A DNA stretch of 62,927 nt, filler included, from Octopus bimaculoides (lineage: Eukaryota), in assembly GCF_001194135.2 (NCBI RefSeq). It is 3 parts of 3 records of this genome, joined end to end, with 100 filler letters (N's around TTAATTAATTAA, not from the genome) between each part and the next. Parts side by side here need not be neighbours in the genome. Positions count along the whole stretch, not along the records: positions 42,219 to 62,927 come from NC_068990.1; 2 more parts are not named here. One strand, written 5' to 3'. Below, piece by piece: positions 42,961 to 56,029 of the stretch. Position numbers and translations under genes: made by a program. The notes under the pieces are model-generated. The model saw only the letters and a list, made by a program, of their open reading frames with translations. It had not been told where the DNA came from and made no database searches. Numbering within the stretch: position 1 is the first letter of the stretch; every line of letters starts with the position of its first letter.

Positions 42961-43227
42961 TTTTACTCTTTTATTTGTTTCAGTCATTTGACTGCGGCCA
43001 TGCTGGAGCACCGCCTTTAGTCGAGCAAATCGACCCCAGGACTTATTCTTTGTAAGCTTAGTACTTATTCTATCGGTGTCTTTTGCCGAACCGCTAAGTT
43101 ACCGGGACGTAAACACACCAGCATCGGTTGTCAAGCCATGTGGTGGGGGGAGACAAACACACACACACACCCGGAACCATGTGGTTGATAAGCAAGCTAC
43201 TTACCACACAGCCACTCCTGCGCCTAT
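42961..43227 (-). mobile_element. SINE, family 3, with internal deletion
   Basis: Minus-strand head GGAGTGGCTGTGTGGTAAG (A box) ...GGTTCCGG joins directly to the (GT)n. The middle segment seen at 55686-55770 is missing. Confidence 0.88.
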
Positions 43228-43536
43228 ACTTGCTTATAGTATGATTGTATGAATGCATTTCTTCCCAGTGAATTTGTGTAAAGATGGTTAACTGTGGCAA
43301 AAATTGTTAGAGCGAATGCCCGTTCCATGATTCGCACTAGCTGGGGCTTCTCCTGTATCAGGAGGACTGTATTACTCATATTATCACATAGTTTGTGTGT
43401 TACGAATGCTTTTATCGCTTATCACCGTCTTCTCCATTTCTGTCTCCCTATCATTTATGTAAATCTCCACACAATTTCTTGTTTGTCCTTGTGATGTCAC
43501 TGTCATCTATGTCCCTGTATCTAATAAAGGAAATAA

Positions 43537-43569
43537 CTACTACTACTACTACTACAACTACTACTACTA

Positions 43570-43601
<32 letters not shown>

Positions 43602-43602
43602 G
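43537..43602. repeat. (ACT)n microsatellite
   Basis: Directly visible; more (ACT)n at 43826-43852 and 43873-43890. Confidence 0.97.
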
Positions 43603-43604
43603 CT

Positions 43605-43824
43605 AATGCGGCAATCCGGTAGAATAGTTAGCGCACCGGCCAAAATGATTAGCGGCATCCCGTTTGTCTTCATGCTCCGTGTTGTGTTCAAATTCTGCCG
43701 AGGTCCACTTTGCCTTTCATCCTTTCGGGGTCGCTAAATTAAATATCAGTCAAGTACTGGGGTCGATGTCATCGACTTACCCGCTCGTCACAAATTCCGG
43801 GCATTGTACCTTTAGTAGAAAGGA
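43605..43824 (+). mobile_element. SINE, family 2
   Basis: gttcaaattctgccgaggtccactttgcctttcatcctttcggggtcg matches the family core; followed by (TAC)n. Confidence 0.85.
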
Positions 43825-43890
43825 ATACTACTACTACTACTACTACTACTACCCTTCACCACCACCAGCACCACTACTACTACTACTACT

Positions 43891-44115
43891 AAGGCATTAA
43901 CCTAGTAGAATAGTTAGCACGCCGGAAATATGATTACCGACATTTCGTTCATCAGTACGTTCCGATTTCAAATTCCGTCGAAATCCGATTTACCTTTCAT
44001 CCTTTCTGGGTCGATAAAAAATAAGTACCTGTTGAGCACCGGTGTCAATGTAATTAATTTACCCCCTCCTCGGAAATGCTGGTCTTTTGCCAAAATTTGA
44101 AACCAAATATTATTT
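43891..44115 (+). mobile_element. SINE, family 2, diverged
   Basis: tagaatagttagcacgccgg...ttcaaattccgtcg...cctttcatcctttctgggtcgataaa...aagtacc. Confidence 0.8.
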
Positions 44116-45118
44116 AAATAAAAAGAGTAGTCTGACACAGAATTCCTAGAGCAGAACCCAGAGTGTAGATGTTATTGTCGAGTCCTTTTAGGTGGTCCTA
44201 AGACCGGACTCTGTGCAGTGTTCAAAATTATTGTTCATTCCTCCAGGGTTTGACTAAGAAAAAGAAAAAAAACGCTACTTGTAAAGTAATAAAGGCGACG
44301 GTACATGTAATCTCTTATTCTCCCACCCCTTTAATTTGTTGCCGTGTGCGAAGCAGACTTTAAAATTCATTATTTAAAATCATCATTATCGTCGCCATTT
44401 TCAATATCGCTTCCATAATTCATTTGCAATTAATAACTGTCACCTTTGTAATTCATTCCAAATAAACAGAAGAATTCACAGCGTAAAACCATAATCATAC
44501 TTAATACCAATTCCATTTGTTAGAGGAATTTATCTGAAAATAGTTTCACTTCAAATATACGACTCTTGTTTCCATAATCACTACAATCATTTCATACAAT
44601 TTCTCATAAAAATACATCAAGCATTTTTATAACAACATCAAAATGTCAAAATATGGCTAATCTAAATTAATTTTATGATTTGAACATTGTAAAATATTCT
44701 CATTTGACTTTTTGCTAGACAATTTCGTTGTTGTCCTTCATTTTAGTTTGGTTTTGTAGTAAACTTTTTTGGTGGAGAGGTGGGTAGAAAAACATAAGGT
44801 ACGGTATATGTATGTGTATGTGAACTGGCGGTATGAAATTTGTATTATTGTTGATTCATTGAAAGTGTTTTGGCAACATTCTAGAAGCCGACCCCGCCAC
44901 ACACACACACACACACACACTCCATGTCAATTTATGATGAGTTCAGTTTAAGATACTGCTTGGAAGTTATTATATTGAAAAGAAAGATAGAGATAAAGAG
45001 AGAGTGAGGTAGAGAGAAAGAGAGCTGAAAGGAGAGAGGAGGTGGAGAGAAAGAACATGACAATGTTCAGAAATTATATATAATTCGTTAGCATTTTAGG
45101 TAATTTACAAACAGATAT

Positions 45119-45163
<45 letters not shown>

Positions 45164-46049
45164 TGTGTGTCGGTGGTGAGGCTCCAGTTCAGGAGTTCTG
45201 GTGTTGTGGGGAGATTGGAGTGACCACTTAATTGCCATTACTCTCAAGTCTGCTCTGGCCCGAAACCGCAGTACCTGTCAGCGTCCCATCTATGAATTAA
45301 ACAGATTTCCCAGTGATAGAGAAGACTCCCCTTGCTTTTGAAAAGGTCGTGAGTAAGGCAGCTCGTCTAGGAGTAAGATACTCTGACAATAAATCTTCAA
45401 TCAAAATAGTACCGGTTATCTTGCAATGCTTGCCACTGGAACCTACTATGGCGACCGACAAAGTGGCAAAATTGTTGAATAAGCACTTGGCACTTAAATC
45501 CATTGAAGTACACATGTTTCTTTACCATTTTATTTTTTAATCTGTTTTGTGTTTCTTAAAATTCTATGGCAATGCATACGTGGCTATGCGTAATGTCATA
45601 TCTGCACACATAGAAGGATGAAAGTAAATCAGAACAATCAGGATCAAATCCTGTCAGAATCAACATCAGTGTTCAATACGATGGAGATTGTTAATTTTAG
45701 TATAATTCGTGCACCGAAAGAAATAGGAATGGAATTTGTCACCTTGTTACAGTGAAAGAAACCATTGTATTTAGTTGGGAACAAGACTTCAATTTGAAGA
45801 TGAAGTAAAATAGTATTGTATGATGTTCATGTAATTTTTTGTGAATTTGGTTTACAAGGTTCTTGATATAATAAATGATTAGATAAATGAATCAAGTTGA
45901 CTGTAACTTAAATTCGAGATCATTAAGGCATTTGCTCCTGTGAATTGCGCTCTACAATATAAGGAGAGCCCCAGAATGTGCCCCAAATTTCAGCAATATA
46001 TTTTGTCCTTTTATCTATTTTTTACATAGAAGCAAAATGCCATCGTACC

Positions 46050-46140
46050 GTTCTCTCGATTGCTAGATCGTGAGTTCGATCCCTGGTCTAGGTGGCGCGT
46101 TGTGTTCTGGAGCAAACCACTTCATTTTATCTTCCTCCGC
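46050..46140 (+). mobile_element. SINE head fragment, family 4
   Basis: B box GAGTTCGATCC followed by gttgtgttctggagcaaaccacttcattt, shared with 56030 and 57142 copies. Confidence 0.6.
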
Positions 46141-48434
46141 GGGTGGGAGAGTTGCAAAATCGTTGGCACGTCGGTAGAGATGCTTTACGGTATATCAAAT
46201 CTCACTTGCCTGGAGAAGTCAACGAAAATCATCCCAAGTCTAGTCATGATGGCTGAAGTTTCAGTAATTTATTTAATAGCGGTAGGGGAGAGTACAGGCC
46301 TTCCCATGTCGTATAGAGAGTGCTTGAGAAGGTTCACATGTACAGGATCTGTCCAAGGGCAGTTCTACCCTCCGCTAAACTAGACTCGTTTAATATTAAA
46401 TTTTTCGCATGACACACGATTAAATACCATTTTCCCAGCTAAACGTACTCCCAATTTAGAAAGGAAGAAAATGAAAAGAATTGAAATATTATTATGTACT
46501 TTTTTAACAGTGTGTTCATCTGATGCATTGAATTGTGAATTTAGTTGAATTTAGTGTTAATTTCCTAATACAACAAAGTTTGAGACTTATTTATAAGAAT
46601 TAGTCAAAAAGCATTGCCTGTATTTTGTCTGCATGAATCAGTAACCTTTGTACATCGATACACTGAAAGAGCCGTTGGGGTACTATATTTTATCTTCATA
46701 GTACTTTTATGATAACAATACAAAACGTGCCAGATAAAATTTCGAAGACATACGTTCAAGTACAATAAAATAATGTCAATTTGATACTGTGGTGAAAGAA
46801 ATTGGTTACTACACACCCTGACCTAAATTTGGCATTGTGCCTATTTAAGAAATGGTAATGTTTTGTTTGAGTAAATAGTTGTAACTACTACATAATTTGT
46901 TACTTTTATCTTGTTTGTAACTGCCTAGAGTGACTCAATATTTCGACACTTGTAGTAAAGTGAGTAGGTTTATGAGAAATTAGAAACTGGCAAGAAAGCA
47001 ATATATACATGCAATCGTCGCCATAGTCTCTCTGATTTTAAGACTGCATAATTTGTTAGAAGAAAGTCAATAGAATTTTAGGAGACATTGAAGAGAGGAG
47101 TCATATTAAACCTGTCTGTTTGCAATTTGGTTAAAACAAAGGAAAATTCGTTGATATCAGAGATAATAATTAAGTGAGGTACTAGAGTAACATAATGGTG
47201 TAGGCATGAACTGGAAATTTTCCAACAAGAGTTGAATAAAAGCTTATGTCTTTATAGTAACAGTGAAATTTGTGTTATAGATGATATAGAGACGGATAGT
47301 GAATATTAAAACCAAAGCAAACCTTAAAGGGGTAGCTTAATATTGATATCTCTGTCTGAAGAACAAAACGAAAGTGGAAAATAGGAAATGACAAAGGTCG
47401 TTTGAACGTATCAGGTTTATCAACTCAACTATTTGATGCAGAGTTTAATCAGAATGCGTAAATATTTTGCTATATCTGAGACCGAATAATATTTTCATAT
47501 TTCTTCAAAGACAAATTAAAGAAGAGTTTACATGAAATTACTGAGCCCTAATTAAATTTTTACACATTTTAAGTTCAATGCTGGAGAGTGTATTTCGCTA
47601 TTCTGTCAAAATAAGTAACGAACCCTTGTTTTATATCAAATCAACAGCAACAGCTGTCCAGTTACATCTCTTGAGCTTAGTAGAGTCCTTGACAAAATAA
47701 ATGCTTTTTTAGTCTCTCATGTTGTGAATTATAAATTCTATGTAATTTTCGTTTCTGGTTGTAAATTCTAGCGAATTGTTATGTCTTACATAATTTATTA
47801 ATGATCGACAGATAAAAATCATAGTATTTATATTTCTTGCTGATATCTGCTCTCTGAGAGGGTTGTGTATTTTTGACAACTTCAATACATGGTTCTCCTC
47901 TATAGACTTTCGTCTATGACTGGACTTTCAAGTGACGACGGGTTAACTGTCTTTAGTATCTCTAAACGCAAATGGACGCACACAAGTCAAGTTATTGTAG
48001 AAGTTTAATCCAAACATCCAGCACTTTCAACGCTAAAATCACCAAATGTCGAACTTAATCATAATTAATTTCTTGAATGTCACCCGAGATTGAAGCACTG
48101 GCAATTTTCAAATTCAGATAGGTTACTTCGATGGATCTATTTACAATGACCACCAACGAAAATTCCGTTGTATGAATATCTTAAGGACACAAAATTGAAG
48201 TACCATGACTTAAAACATCTCCAACGCTGTCATAACAGGGTACACATTCACCAAAATATTTAAATATTTTTTATATCTTTTTTCGTTATTTTCATTTTTT
48301 TAAATATTTTCATATTTTATTTAGAATCATTATTTTCATTATATCTATTATATCCATTTATATGCTAATTTATAATTAAATTGTTACAATACATATTCTA
48401 TCACGCACACGCGCGCGTGCCCTCTCACACACAG

Positions 48435-48465
<31 letters not shown>

Positions 48466-48551
48466 GGCGTGTGTGCGTGCGTGTGTGTGTGTGTAAATAT
48501 ATATATATATATACACATACATACACACACATATATATGTATGTTTATGTA

Positions 48552-48571
48552 TATATTATTATTATTATTAT

Positions 48572-48618
<47 letters not shown>

Positions 48619-48635
48619 TTGTTGTTGTTATTATT
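48552..48635. repeat. Compound (TAT)n-(TAG)n-(TTG)n microsatellite
   Basis: Directly visible. Confidence 0.95.
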
Positions 48636-48773
48636 AAATGTATCATTAGATCTATTACAACGTATGATTAATACTATTCTATTTTTGACTTGTATTCTTT
48701 TGGTTTCGCTATTACTTTATTCCATTTACTTATTTGTATTTAATACTTTATTTCTTTTATTAAAGATTATATT

Positions 48774-48837
<64 letters not shown>

Positions 48838-49598
48838 TATGCTGTATTTTAGGTTTTATCTTATTATACATTACATTATATATTTTAGATTATTCAGAAC
48901 ATTTTAACATTAAATTCATTATATTTATTTCGTTTCACTTCATTCCATTTCATGATTCCACTTCGCATAATTCTACCGACCTATTTATTTGTGCGTCGTT
49001 GGTGTGTGTAGGGGGTGCATATATTTGCGTTTATATTTTATATGGATGTACTCATATGCTCTCGTACTTCTTGCATTGAGAGGAAAGAGGAATTCCGCAT
49101 AATCTTCCAAGGCCTTCTGAGATTGCTGGATTCATACGGTTAATGTTCGGTTTAAACTAATGCAGCAGCAGCAGCAAAGACGTGAATGGGGTTAAGATTC
49201 TTGGGACTGGAATTAATTGTCAGTGCTGAGCTGATAGAGTTGGATGCAACGAAAGAGTCGTGAGGGAAAAGAATACGATCACCGTGCTGTTTGCATCTTA
49301 AGAAGTGTTTGGAATTTTTCTATAAAAAGATTCTCCTTGTTGATTCTTTCTTGCGTAGAGATTCTGTCTTTACATTGATAGAGAGGGAAAATGAGAAATT
49401 TGGGATTTTTTTTTCCTCCTTATCTTGAAAATTTGCCGTGCAATGAAAGCCGGTTTGAAATACTTTTGAAATCCTTACACCCATTTATATTAAAATATGT
49501 TTTCAGTTTAGCATTCTGCCTTATTATTAATTTTTCCATTCCTGAAACCTCTGAAACCTCAGAGTCTAATTGACATCACTACCGCTCATAACCTATAT

Positions 49599-49888
49599 NN
49601 NNNNNNNNNNNNNNNNNNNNNNNNNNNNNNNNNNNNNNNNNNNNNNNNNNNNNNNNNNNNNNNNNNNNNNNNNNNNNNNNNNNNNNNNNNNNNNNNNNNN
49701 NNNNNNNNNNNNNNNNNNNNNNNNNNNNNNNNNNNNNNNNNNNNNNNNNNNNNNNNNNNNNNNNNNNNNNNNNNNNNNNNNNNNNNNNNNNNNNNNNNNN
49801 NNNNNNNNNNNNNNNNNNNNNNNNNNNNNNNNNNNNNNNNNNNNNNNNNNNNNNNNNNNNNNNNNNNNNNNNNNNNNNNNNNNNNNNN
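49599..49888. other. Assembly gap
   Basis: N run followed by (ATAG)n. Confidence 0.99.
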
Positions 49889-49943
<55 letters not shown>

Positions 49944-50001
49944 TAGATATATATATTCATGTGTATACACATTCATATATGTATAATTTGTGTATAATAG
50001 C

Positions 50002-50039
<38 letters not shown>

Positions 50040-50649
50040 TCTGTGAGTGTGTGTTTGGGTGTGTGTGCATGTGTACACGCTCAATTTGGTCGTATGTTAG
50101 AAATATATATTATATATTAAAATATCTATGCGGGAGTCACGTCATTCTCTGTGTTAGTAGGTGCAAGTGCATATATATTTATTAATACACACTTACATAC
50201 ATACCCATACATGCACAATGCTCACAGACCTACACACGGCCGGACACGCGTACACACACACACACACACATACACACACACATACAGACACTCATGTGAG
50301 AACACGGTGTAAGCTATCATTTAGCAGAACTGTTTATACGATATAATTAACGAAAAACTACTAGACAAACGGACCGTGGAAAAACCACAGAAAAAAAAAT
50401 CACAAGAATGAAGCTGATAATAACGGTAACATCAACAATTTCAACGACAGCAACAACAACAACAATCATAATTTTTAAATTATTAATAACAATTATTCTT
50501 CTTATTATTTTCATTGTTAATTTTATCATTATCTCAAATATAATTTTAAAAAGTGAGTGATGGTAATAAATACAGTGGAATAAAAAGGAGAGGAAGAACG
50601 AGGAAGAAGATCACGAAATAATACTGAAAAATATATTAATTCCTTAATC

Positions 50650-51071
50650 GTGTTTTGAAAAAACAAAATTGGTTTTTTATTGTTTTTTTCAATTATTTTT
50701 TCATTTCGTTTTTATTTCTTGTTTTTATTTTATTTTTTTTGTTTCTTGATTTAGATTTTGATTTTTACGTTTTGTGTCATTTTGTTTGCCTATTGTTTTG
50801 TGTTGTGTTTTATTTTCTTATTTTCAAACCGATTTAAATAAGAAGAGGCACAAAACAATAGCAGCAAAACAAAAACAATTCACAATAGTGACGACACAAT
50901 AACAATGTCGACGACATAACAAAAAAAAAAAAAAGAAATCATATAATATAAAGTAACAACAAAACAGCAACCGCAAAAATACTAACAAAATAATGTCTAC
51001 AGCAATAGCAAAAAAACAACAAAAAAAAATCCACAACAATGGGTTACAATAATGATGATGATGATGATGAA

Positions 51072-51102
<31 letters not shown>

Positions 51103-51480
51103 GTGAAAGTGATTATGACGATGATGATGATGATGATGATGATGATGTGAGTGATTATGACGATGATGATGGTGATGATGATTGTAGTTAGTGGGTGTGA
51201 GAAGGATGGTGATGTTGGTGGTGGTAGTGATATTGACAATGACCACGACAATAACAATGTTTACCAACATTGGCAGAAGAACAATAATTATCATTACGGT
51301 ATGCAATGTGATGTCGACGATGAAGAGGAGTAAGGGGAGGAGGCGGGAGAAGAAGGAAGGAGAAGATGAAGAGTGACAGCAGGAGGAGAGGAATGGAAGG
51401 ATGAGGCAGGACGTGAGGAAGAGTAGGAGGAGGTTGTAGAAGTGGAAGCAGAAGTGGAGGAGGAGGAAGGCGGGGTTGAG
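50650..51480. repeat. Low-complexity tract: T-rich, then A-rich, then (GAT)n, then (GAG/GAA)-rich
   Basis: Directly visible; gives rise to the poly-His and poly-Ser ORFs in the track. Confidence 0.9.
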
Positions 51481-51696
51481 AATGACGTAGCTACGTATTT
51501 CTGAGTCCATTCCCAACCTCGATCAGGTGAGTTTGCTATGTTCAAGAGGTTGCATTGCTACATCTTGATCACGAAACAGAAGTCAAGTGGTATAAACAAC
51601 ATTCATATTCGACGTATTTGCTGACGTCGTCGTCCTCGTTGTTGTGTAGCCCGAACTCAGCTTTCAGCGAGCGAACCTATAAACGAAGGAATTTCT

Positions 51697-51928
51697 TATT
51701 TCTTTATTTCCCACAAGGAGCTAAACATAGAGGGTACAAACAAGGAGAGACAAAGGGATTAAGTCGATTATATCGACCCCAGTGCGTAACAGGTACTTAA
51801 TTTATCGATCACGAAAGGATGAAAGGCAATGTCGACCTCGGCGGAATTTGAACTCAGAACGTAACGGCAGACGAAATACCTCTAGGCATTTTGCCCGGCG
51901 TGCTAACGTTTCTGCCAGCTCGCCGCCT
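51697..51928 (-). mobile_element. SINE, family 2, near intact with 17-bp TSD
   Basis: Minus-strand head GGCGGCGAGCTGGCAGAAACGTTAGCACG and B box GAGTTCAAATTCC. TSD taaacgaaggaatttct (51680-51696) / taaacgaagggatttct (51929-51945), one mismatch. Confidence 0.93.
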
Positions 51929-52673
51929 TAAACGAAGGGATTTCTGCCATCAACGTTCAAAATCTGCATCATCTAATGCGATTTTCTTCCCGTTCTGTTA
52001 CTTAAAATAGTAGGGTTTGTTTATTGAAGTGTGGGTACTTCTTTCTGTCAGTTCGACTGACCACGCTGTGGTTCTTTCTCTAAATAGTGTGGTTCTCTAA
52101 GTAAGGCTGCGAATCGATTCCATAAATCTGAGTTAGAAATTTGTGGAAATACGCATTTTCAAACAGACAGATAATAATAGGCAGGTCAGATGTGATTATG
52201 AAATACAAAGATAAAGCCTCTGTATTCTCATATCTTCCTAACAAAATTTTACTCTCTCGGTGGCTATGAATTTGATAACGCCTAGGAATGGTATTGTACG
52301 TGTCAGTCTTTTAGATAATGCGACAAAAAAAATTAAGTTTAGCAGTACTGGTTTATTTTAGCGAGACTGAACTATATTTTGTGGTACTTGAATTTATAAA
52401 GAGGGTTTACTTGTAAGAGTTGCCCTGGGTCAAAATAGTAGCTAGTCTAATAACTAGATACAGATGCTGCTTAGAGAATTCAGAAGACCAGACTCAAAAC
52501 CATCAACCCTTTTATTACCGATATCAGATGCCTACACTCAAAATGTCCTACTCTTGACTGTGAAAAGCAGTTTTATGTACCAATCTCTCTTTTGCTGGAA
52601 AATATATCATGTCTGAAGCAATTCCTTTTCTTTCTTTTTTGAGGTATGTCAAGTTTAATGAGGCAAGGTGAGT

Positions 52674-52994
52674 GGAGGGGCAATGGCCCAGTGGTTAGGG
52701 CAGCGGATTCACGGTCGCAGGATCGCAGTTTCGATTCTCAGACCGGGCGTTGTGAGTATTTATTGAGCGGAAACACTTAAAGTTCTAGGAGGCTCCAGCA
52801 GGAGAGGGTGGCGAATCCTGCTGTACTCTTTCACCACAACTTTCTCTCACTTTTTCATCCTGTTTCTGTTGTACCTGTATTTCAAAGGATCAGCCTTGTC
52901 ACACTCTGTGTCACGCTGAATCTCCCCGAGAACTACGTTAAGGGTACAACTGGAACCCTCGTCGTCGTAACCGACGGAGTGCCAACCAGACCAG
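52674..52994 (+). mobile_element. SINE, family 1, with 68-bp internal deletion and 15-bp TSD
   Basis: A box TGGCCCAGTGG and B box GTTTCGATTCT. It lacks the segment equivalent to 61205-61272 (CA microhomology). TSD tgaggcaaggtgagt (52659-52673) / tgaggcaacgtgact (52995-53009). Confidence 0.92.
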
Positions 52995-53734
52995 TGAGGC
53001 AACGTGACTTGCAGAAAATACCAATTTTATTTTGTGGCAGATATTCAGTATTATTACTGTAACGATTATGAAATTTAATTTCACATTTTAAGGGTTAAGG
53101 AGGTCCCAATCTATTTGTAGGTCGACCGATTAAGAGCTGAGCTAAGGCTAAACAATCACATTATCGACAACAACCACGAGCAACAATAATCTAACAGATA
53201 ATGACTAAAAAGCAACTGTAAAAATGGAATATAGTATAATAGGTGGAAACCAAATCCTTTACTGATAATAAGGAAAAATATATAATAAAACGCTACTTCT
53301 CACACTGAGAAATACAGGATGTATTTGGTAGTTTAGTGAAGAATTGAAATGAATCCTTGAAACTGTATAATTGGCTTAATATTACCGATTTTTCAAATTC
53401 GCAATCGTCCCAATTTTTGTTTGGCTATCACTTATACGAAGCACAAAATTATAACAAGTCGCAGAACTTTCGAAACAGTAAGCTAATGTTTGGTGGAATC
53501 GTTGCAGAGCGAACTAAAGGCTTCGCAGTGTTTATTTACGATTCTATACTCTATAAATGCTTTACAGTATTAAGTTACAAATCTTTACGCTTTACGTTCA
53601 AACATCACTGCAGTTTACTTTGCTTGTCATGCTTCTGGCGTTCATAAAGCATCGTACTTTCTCGAGTTTTACTCCGAATTTGAATAAGGCTCGAGACAAG
53701 TGGAAACTAAAGTCACTCTGGCATATACAATGTA

Positions 53735-54345
53735 TGTATGTATGTATGTATGTATACATGCATTTTTTTCTATGTATTTATGTATCTATGTTCTCTTCGA
53801 TTTTTAATTGTTTCAATTCGTCCTCTGAGAAAGAAGCTGGTTTCTAAAAAACGATAAAAAGATCCTTCGTTGGAATGAAGATAAGAAAACTGTTGTGGTG
53901 AGACTCCTTGACATCTTTGTGGGATGGGAAGAATGGACTAGCCGAACTCTTATAAAAAGTAGCATATTCGTTGCGACCGGGAAAATGTCATGGGAGTCTT
54001 TGAGAGTTCATGAAAGTCGTGGGAAGTTGTTGAGTTCGTTGAGAATTGTATTTACTAGAGTATCGTGTTTAGTGGAGTAATTTGAAGTACATCGTGTGAA
54101 GATAGTTGTGACTATCCCCGCTTCATGAAATTTGTATATCCAACTTATTGAAGGATACAAAAATAACCAATGTCACATTTTAAACCTGAGTAAAGTCTTG
54201 CATATGTTTACTGTTCCATTTACAGATTGTATTTGTAAAGTGCGAGTTCGCTGGTTGATATCTTTTTCTGAAAACCCTAACTTATCTAGATTGTCACTTA
54301 GGCATTTACTCACAAAACATATTGCACCGAGTATTATTAGTATAC
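53735..54345 (-). mobile_element. 3' end of a second restriction-like-endonuclease LINE subfamily
   Basis: IILGAICFVSKCLSDNLDKLGFSEKDINQRTRTLQIQSVNGTVNICKTLLRFKM* parallels the 12171-12437 peptide. A 3' UTR of about 400 bp follows and ends in (ACAT)n near 53720-53760. Confidence 0.8.
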
Positions 54346-55309
54346 ATATGAATTTATGATTTATGCATGTATGTATATATGTATGCATACTTATGAATTT
54401 ATGAATCCTCCTATATGTGCATATATTATATAAATTTCATTCATATATGTATATATATATATGTGTATGTGTGTAATATGTGTGTGTGTGGATATATATA
54501 TATATGTCTGTGTGTGCGTGTGAGTCAGTGTGTGTGAGTGTATGTATGTAGGTATATATATATATGTATACTAGATACTCAGAGGATATCAATAATCTAT
54601 AAATCTTGATTGGGTAGTAAAGTGGATCGATGATCAAAAATAGTTACTCGTGTATCAGCACGAACAACATTGTTCAGCGTTGGAATAGTGATAAGAAGGT
54701 GATGATTATGAGATAGAAATGGCGGCAGTGCGGAGAAATTTAGATAATCTATCATTGAGTCGCAGTTGGTGGCTTTTGAAATTGTTATTCATTTTATACT
54801 TGATTATAGTGTCCAAGTATTCGCCGTTTCTCCGTAATCTGTTGACCTTGTTTGCGAAATAAGTAAAGCCATTTTTAAGGCATTTTTTTTTTCTTCTTCT
54901 GATCGATTTTAGTTCGCTCGTAATTGTAGCTGAATAGTTTACTGTTGCTTTTATTCTCTGCTAAGTGTTCGTTACCTGCATAATCGATCGTTAAGTTTAC
55001 TATCCCTTTTTTTTGTTTGTTTGTTTTTTTTTTGGTTTGGTTTGTGTTTATTTTTTTACTGTATATAACTTATGTCCAGCAAATGGAAAGCAAAGATAAA
55101 TGCCATTCATTGCTATTTGGTGGTCGCTGTCGTTGTTGTCGCTGTTGTTTGTTAATGACCTAATAATATTTATGGTGCTAAGGGACAATTAGACCCGGTC
55201 ACAAGGTTCATATGTAGGTTTAGTGATGTTGGGTTTTGGTTGAAACCAATGTTAGTGTCTAATAAGTTAACCGAAATAAAATCATGAACTATAAATCGAA
55301 TACCGTTAT

Positions 55310-55470
55310 CAACATGTAGGTTTCAAATTTTGACACATGGTTAGCAGTTTCAGGGACAGGATGATTTTGGCACAAGGCTAGAAATTTCAGCAATTTTCAG
55401 GGATGTCAACCCAAGTGTTCAATCGGAACTTATTTTATCGACATCGGTGGAATTTGAACTCAGAACGACC
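55310..55470 (-). mobile_element. SINE, family 2, partial
   Basis: ggtttcaaattttgacac...acttattttatcgac...cggtggaatttgaactcagaacg. Confidence 0.75.
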
Positions 55471-55487
55471 GTTATTAACACGTCATA

Positions 55488-55650
55488 AGGCAGCGAGCTG
55501 ACATAATCGTTAAGCACGCTGGGCAAAAATGCCTAGTGGTATTTCGTCCGTCATCACGTTCTGAGTTCAAATCCCGCCGAGATCGGTTATACCTTTCTCC
55601 CTTTCAGGTTCAATAAGATAAGTACCAGTTGAACATTGGGGTTTATGTAA
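55488..55650 (+). mobile_element. SINE, family 2
   Basis: aaggcagcgagctgacataatcgttaagcacgctgggc...cgttctgagttcaaatcccgccgag...aagtaccagttgaacattgggg. Confidence 0.85.
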
Positions 55651-55685
55651 TGGAATACCGTTACTAATATGCAGGTTTCAAATTT

Positions 55686-55820
55686 CTACCGAATCCACTC
55701 ACAAGGTTTGGTCTGCCCAAGGCTACAGTAGAAGACAATTGCCCAAGGTGCTACGCAGTGAGACTGAACCCGGAAGCATGTGGTTGGTAAGCAAGCTATT
55801 TACCACACACCCACTCCTGT
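55686..55820 (-). mobile_element. SINE, family 3, 5' half
   Basis: Minus-strand head caggagtgggtgtgtggtaaatagcttgcttaccaaccacatg and B box GGGTTCAGTCTC. Confidence 0.85.
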
Positions 55821-56029
55821 AATGGTATGAGAATGAAAACTGGGCAACTTTCAGCTTTTGACACTGTAGAGAGTCAATTGCAATTTGTAATTAAAGTCTG
55901 TTTATACCAACTTCTTATATAAATTCTTCTATATATTCTACACACTAAAGGAATTCCCCCTGTTTATGCCACTGCACGATAGCCGATAACGTTATAGGAA
56001 ATTTTAAATGCACGTTATGAGGTTATTAT

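Noticed and set aside
45313-45540. 75-aa ORF MIEKTPLAFEK...
   Set aside because: No recognisable domain, an equally long ORF lies on the opposite strand, and it directly follows a repeat-like segment at about 45170-45300.
47000-47420. Possible RTE-type LINE remnant
   Set aside because: I could not recover any convincing RT motif by manual translation.
50824-51545. His-rich and Ser-rich ORFs
   Set aside because: They derive from (GAT)n and (GAG)n low-complexity DNA with no domain signal.
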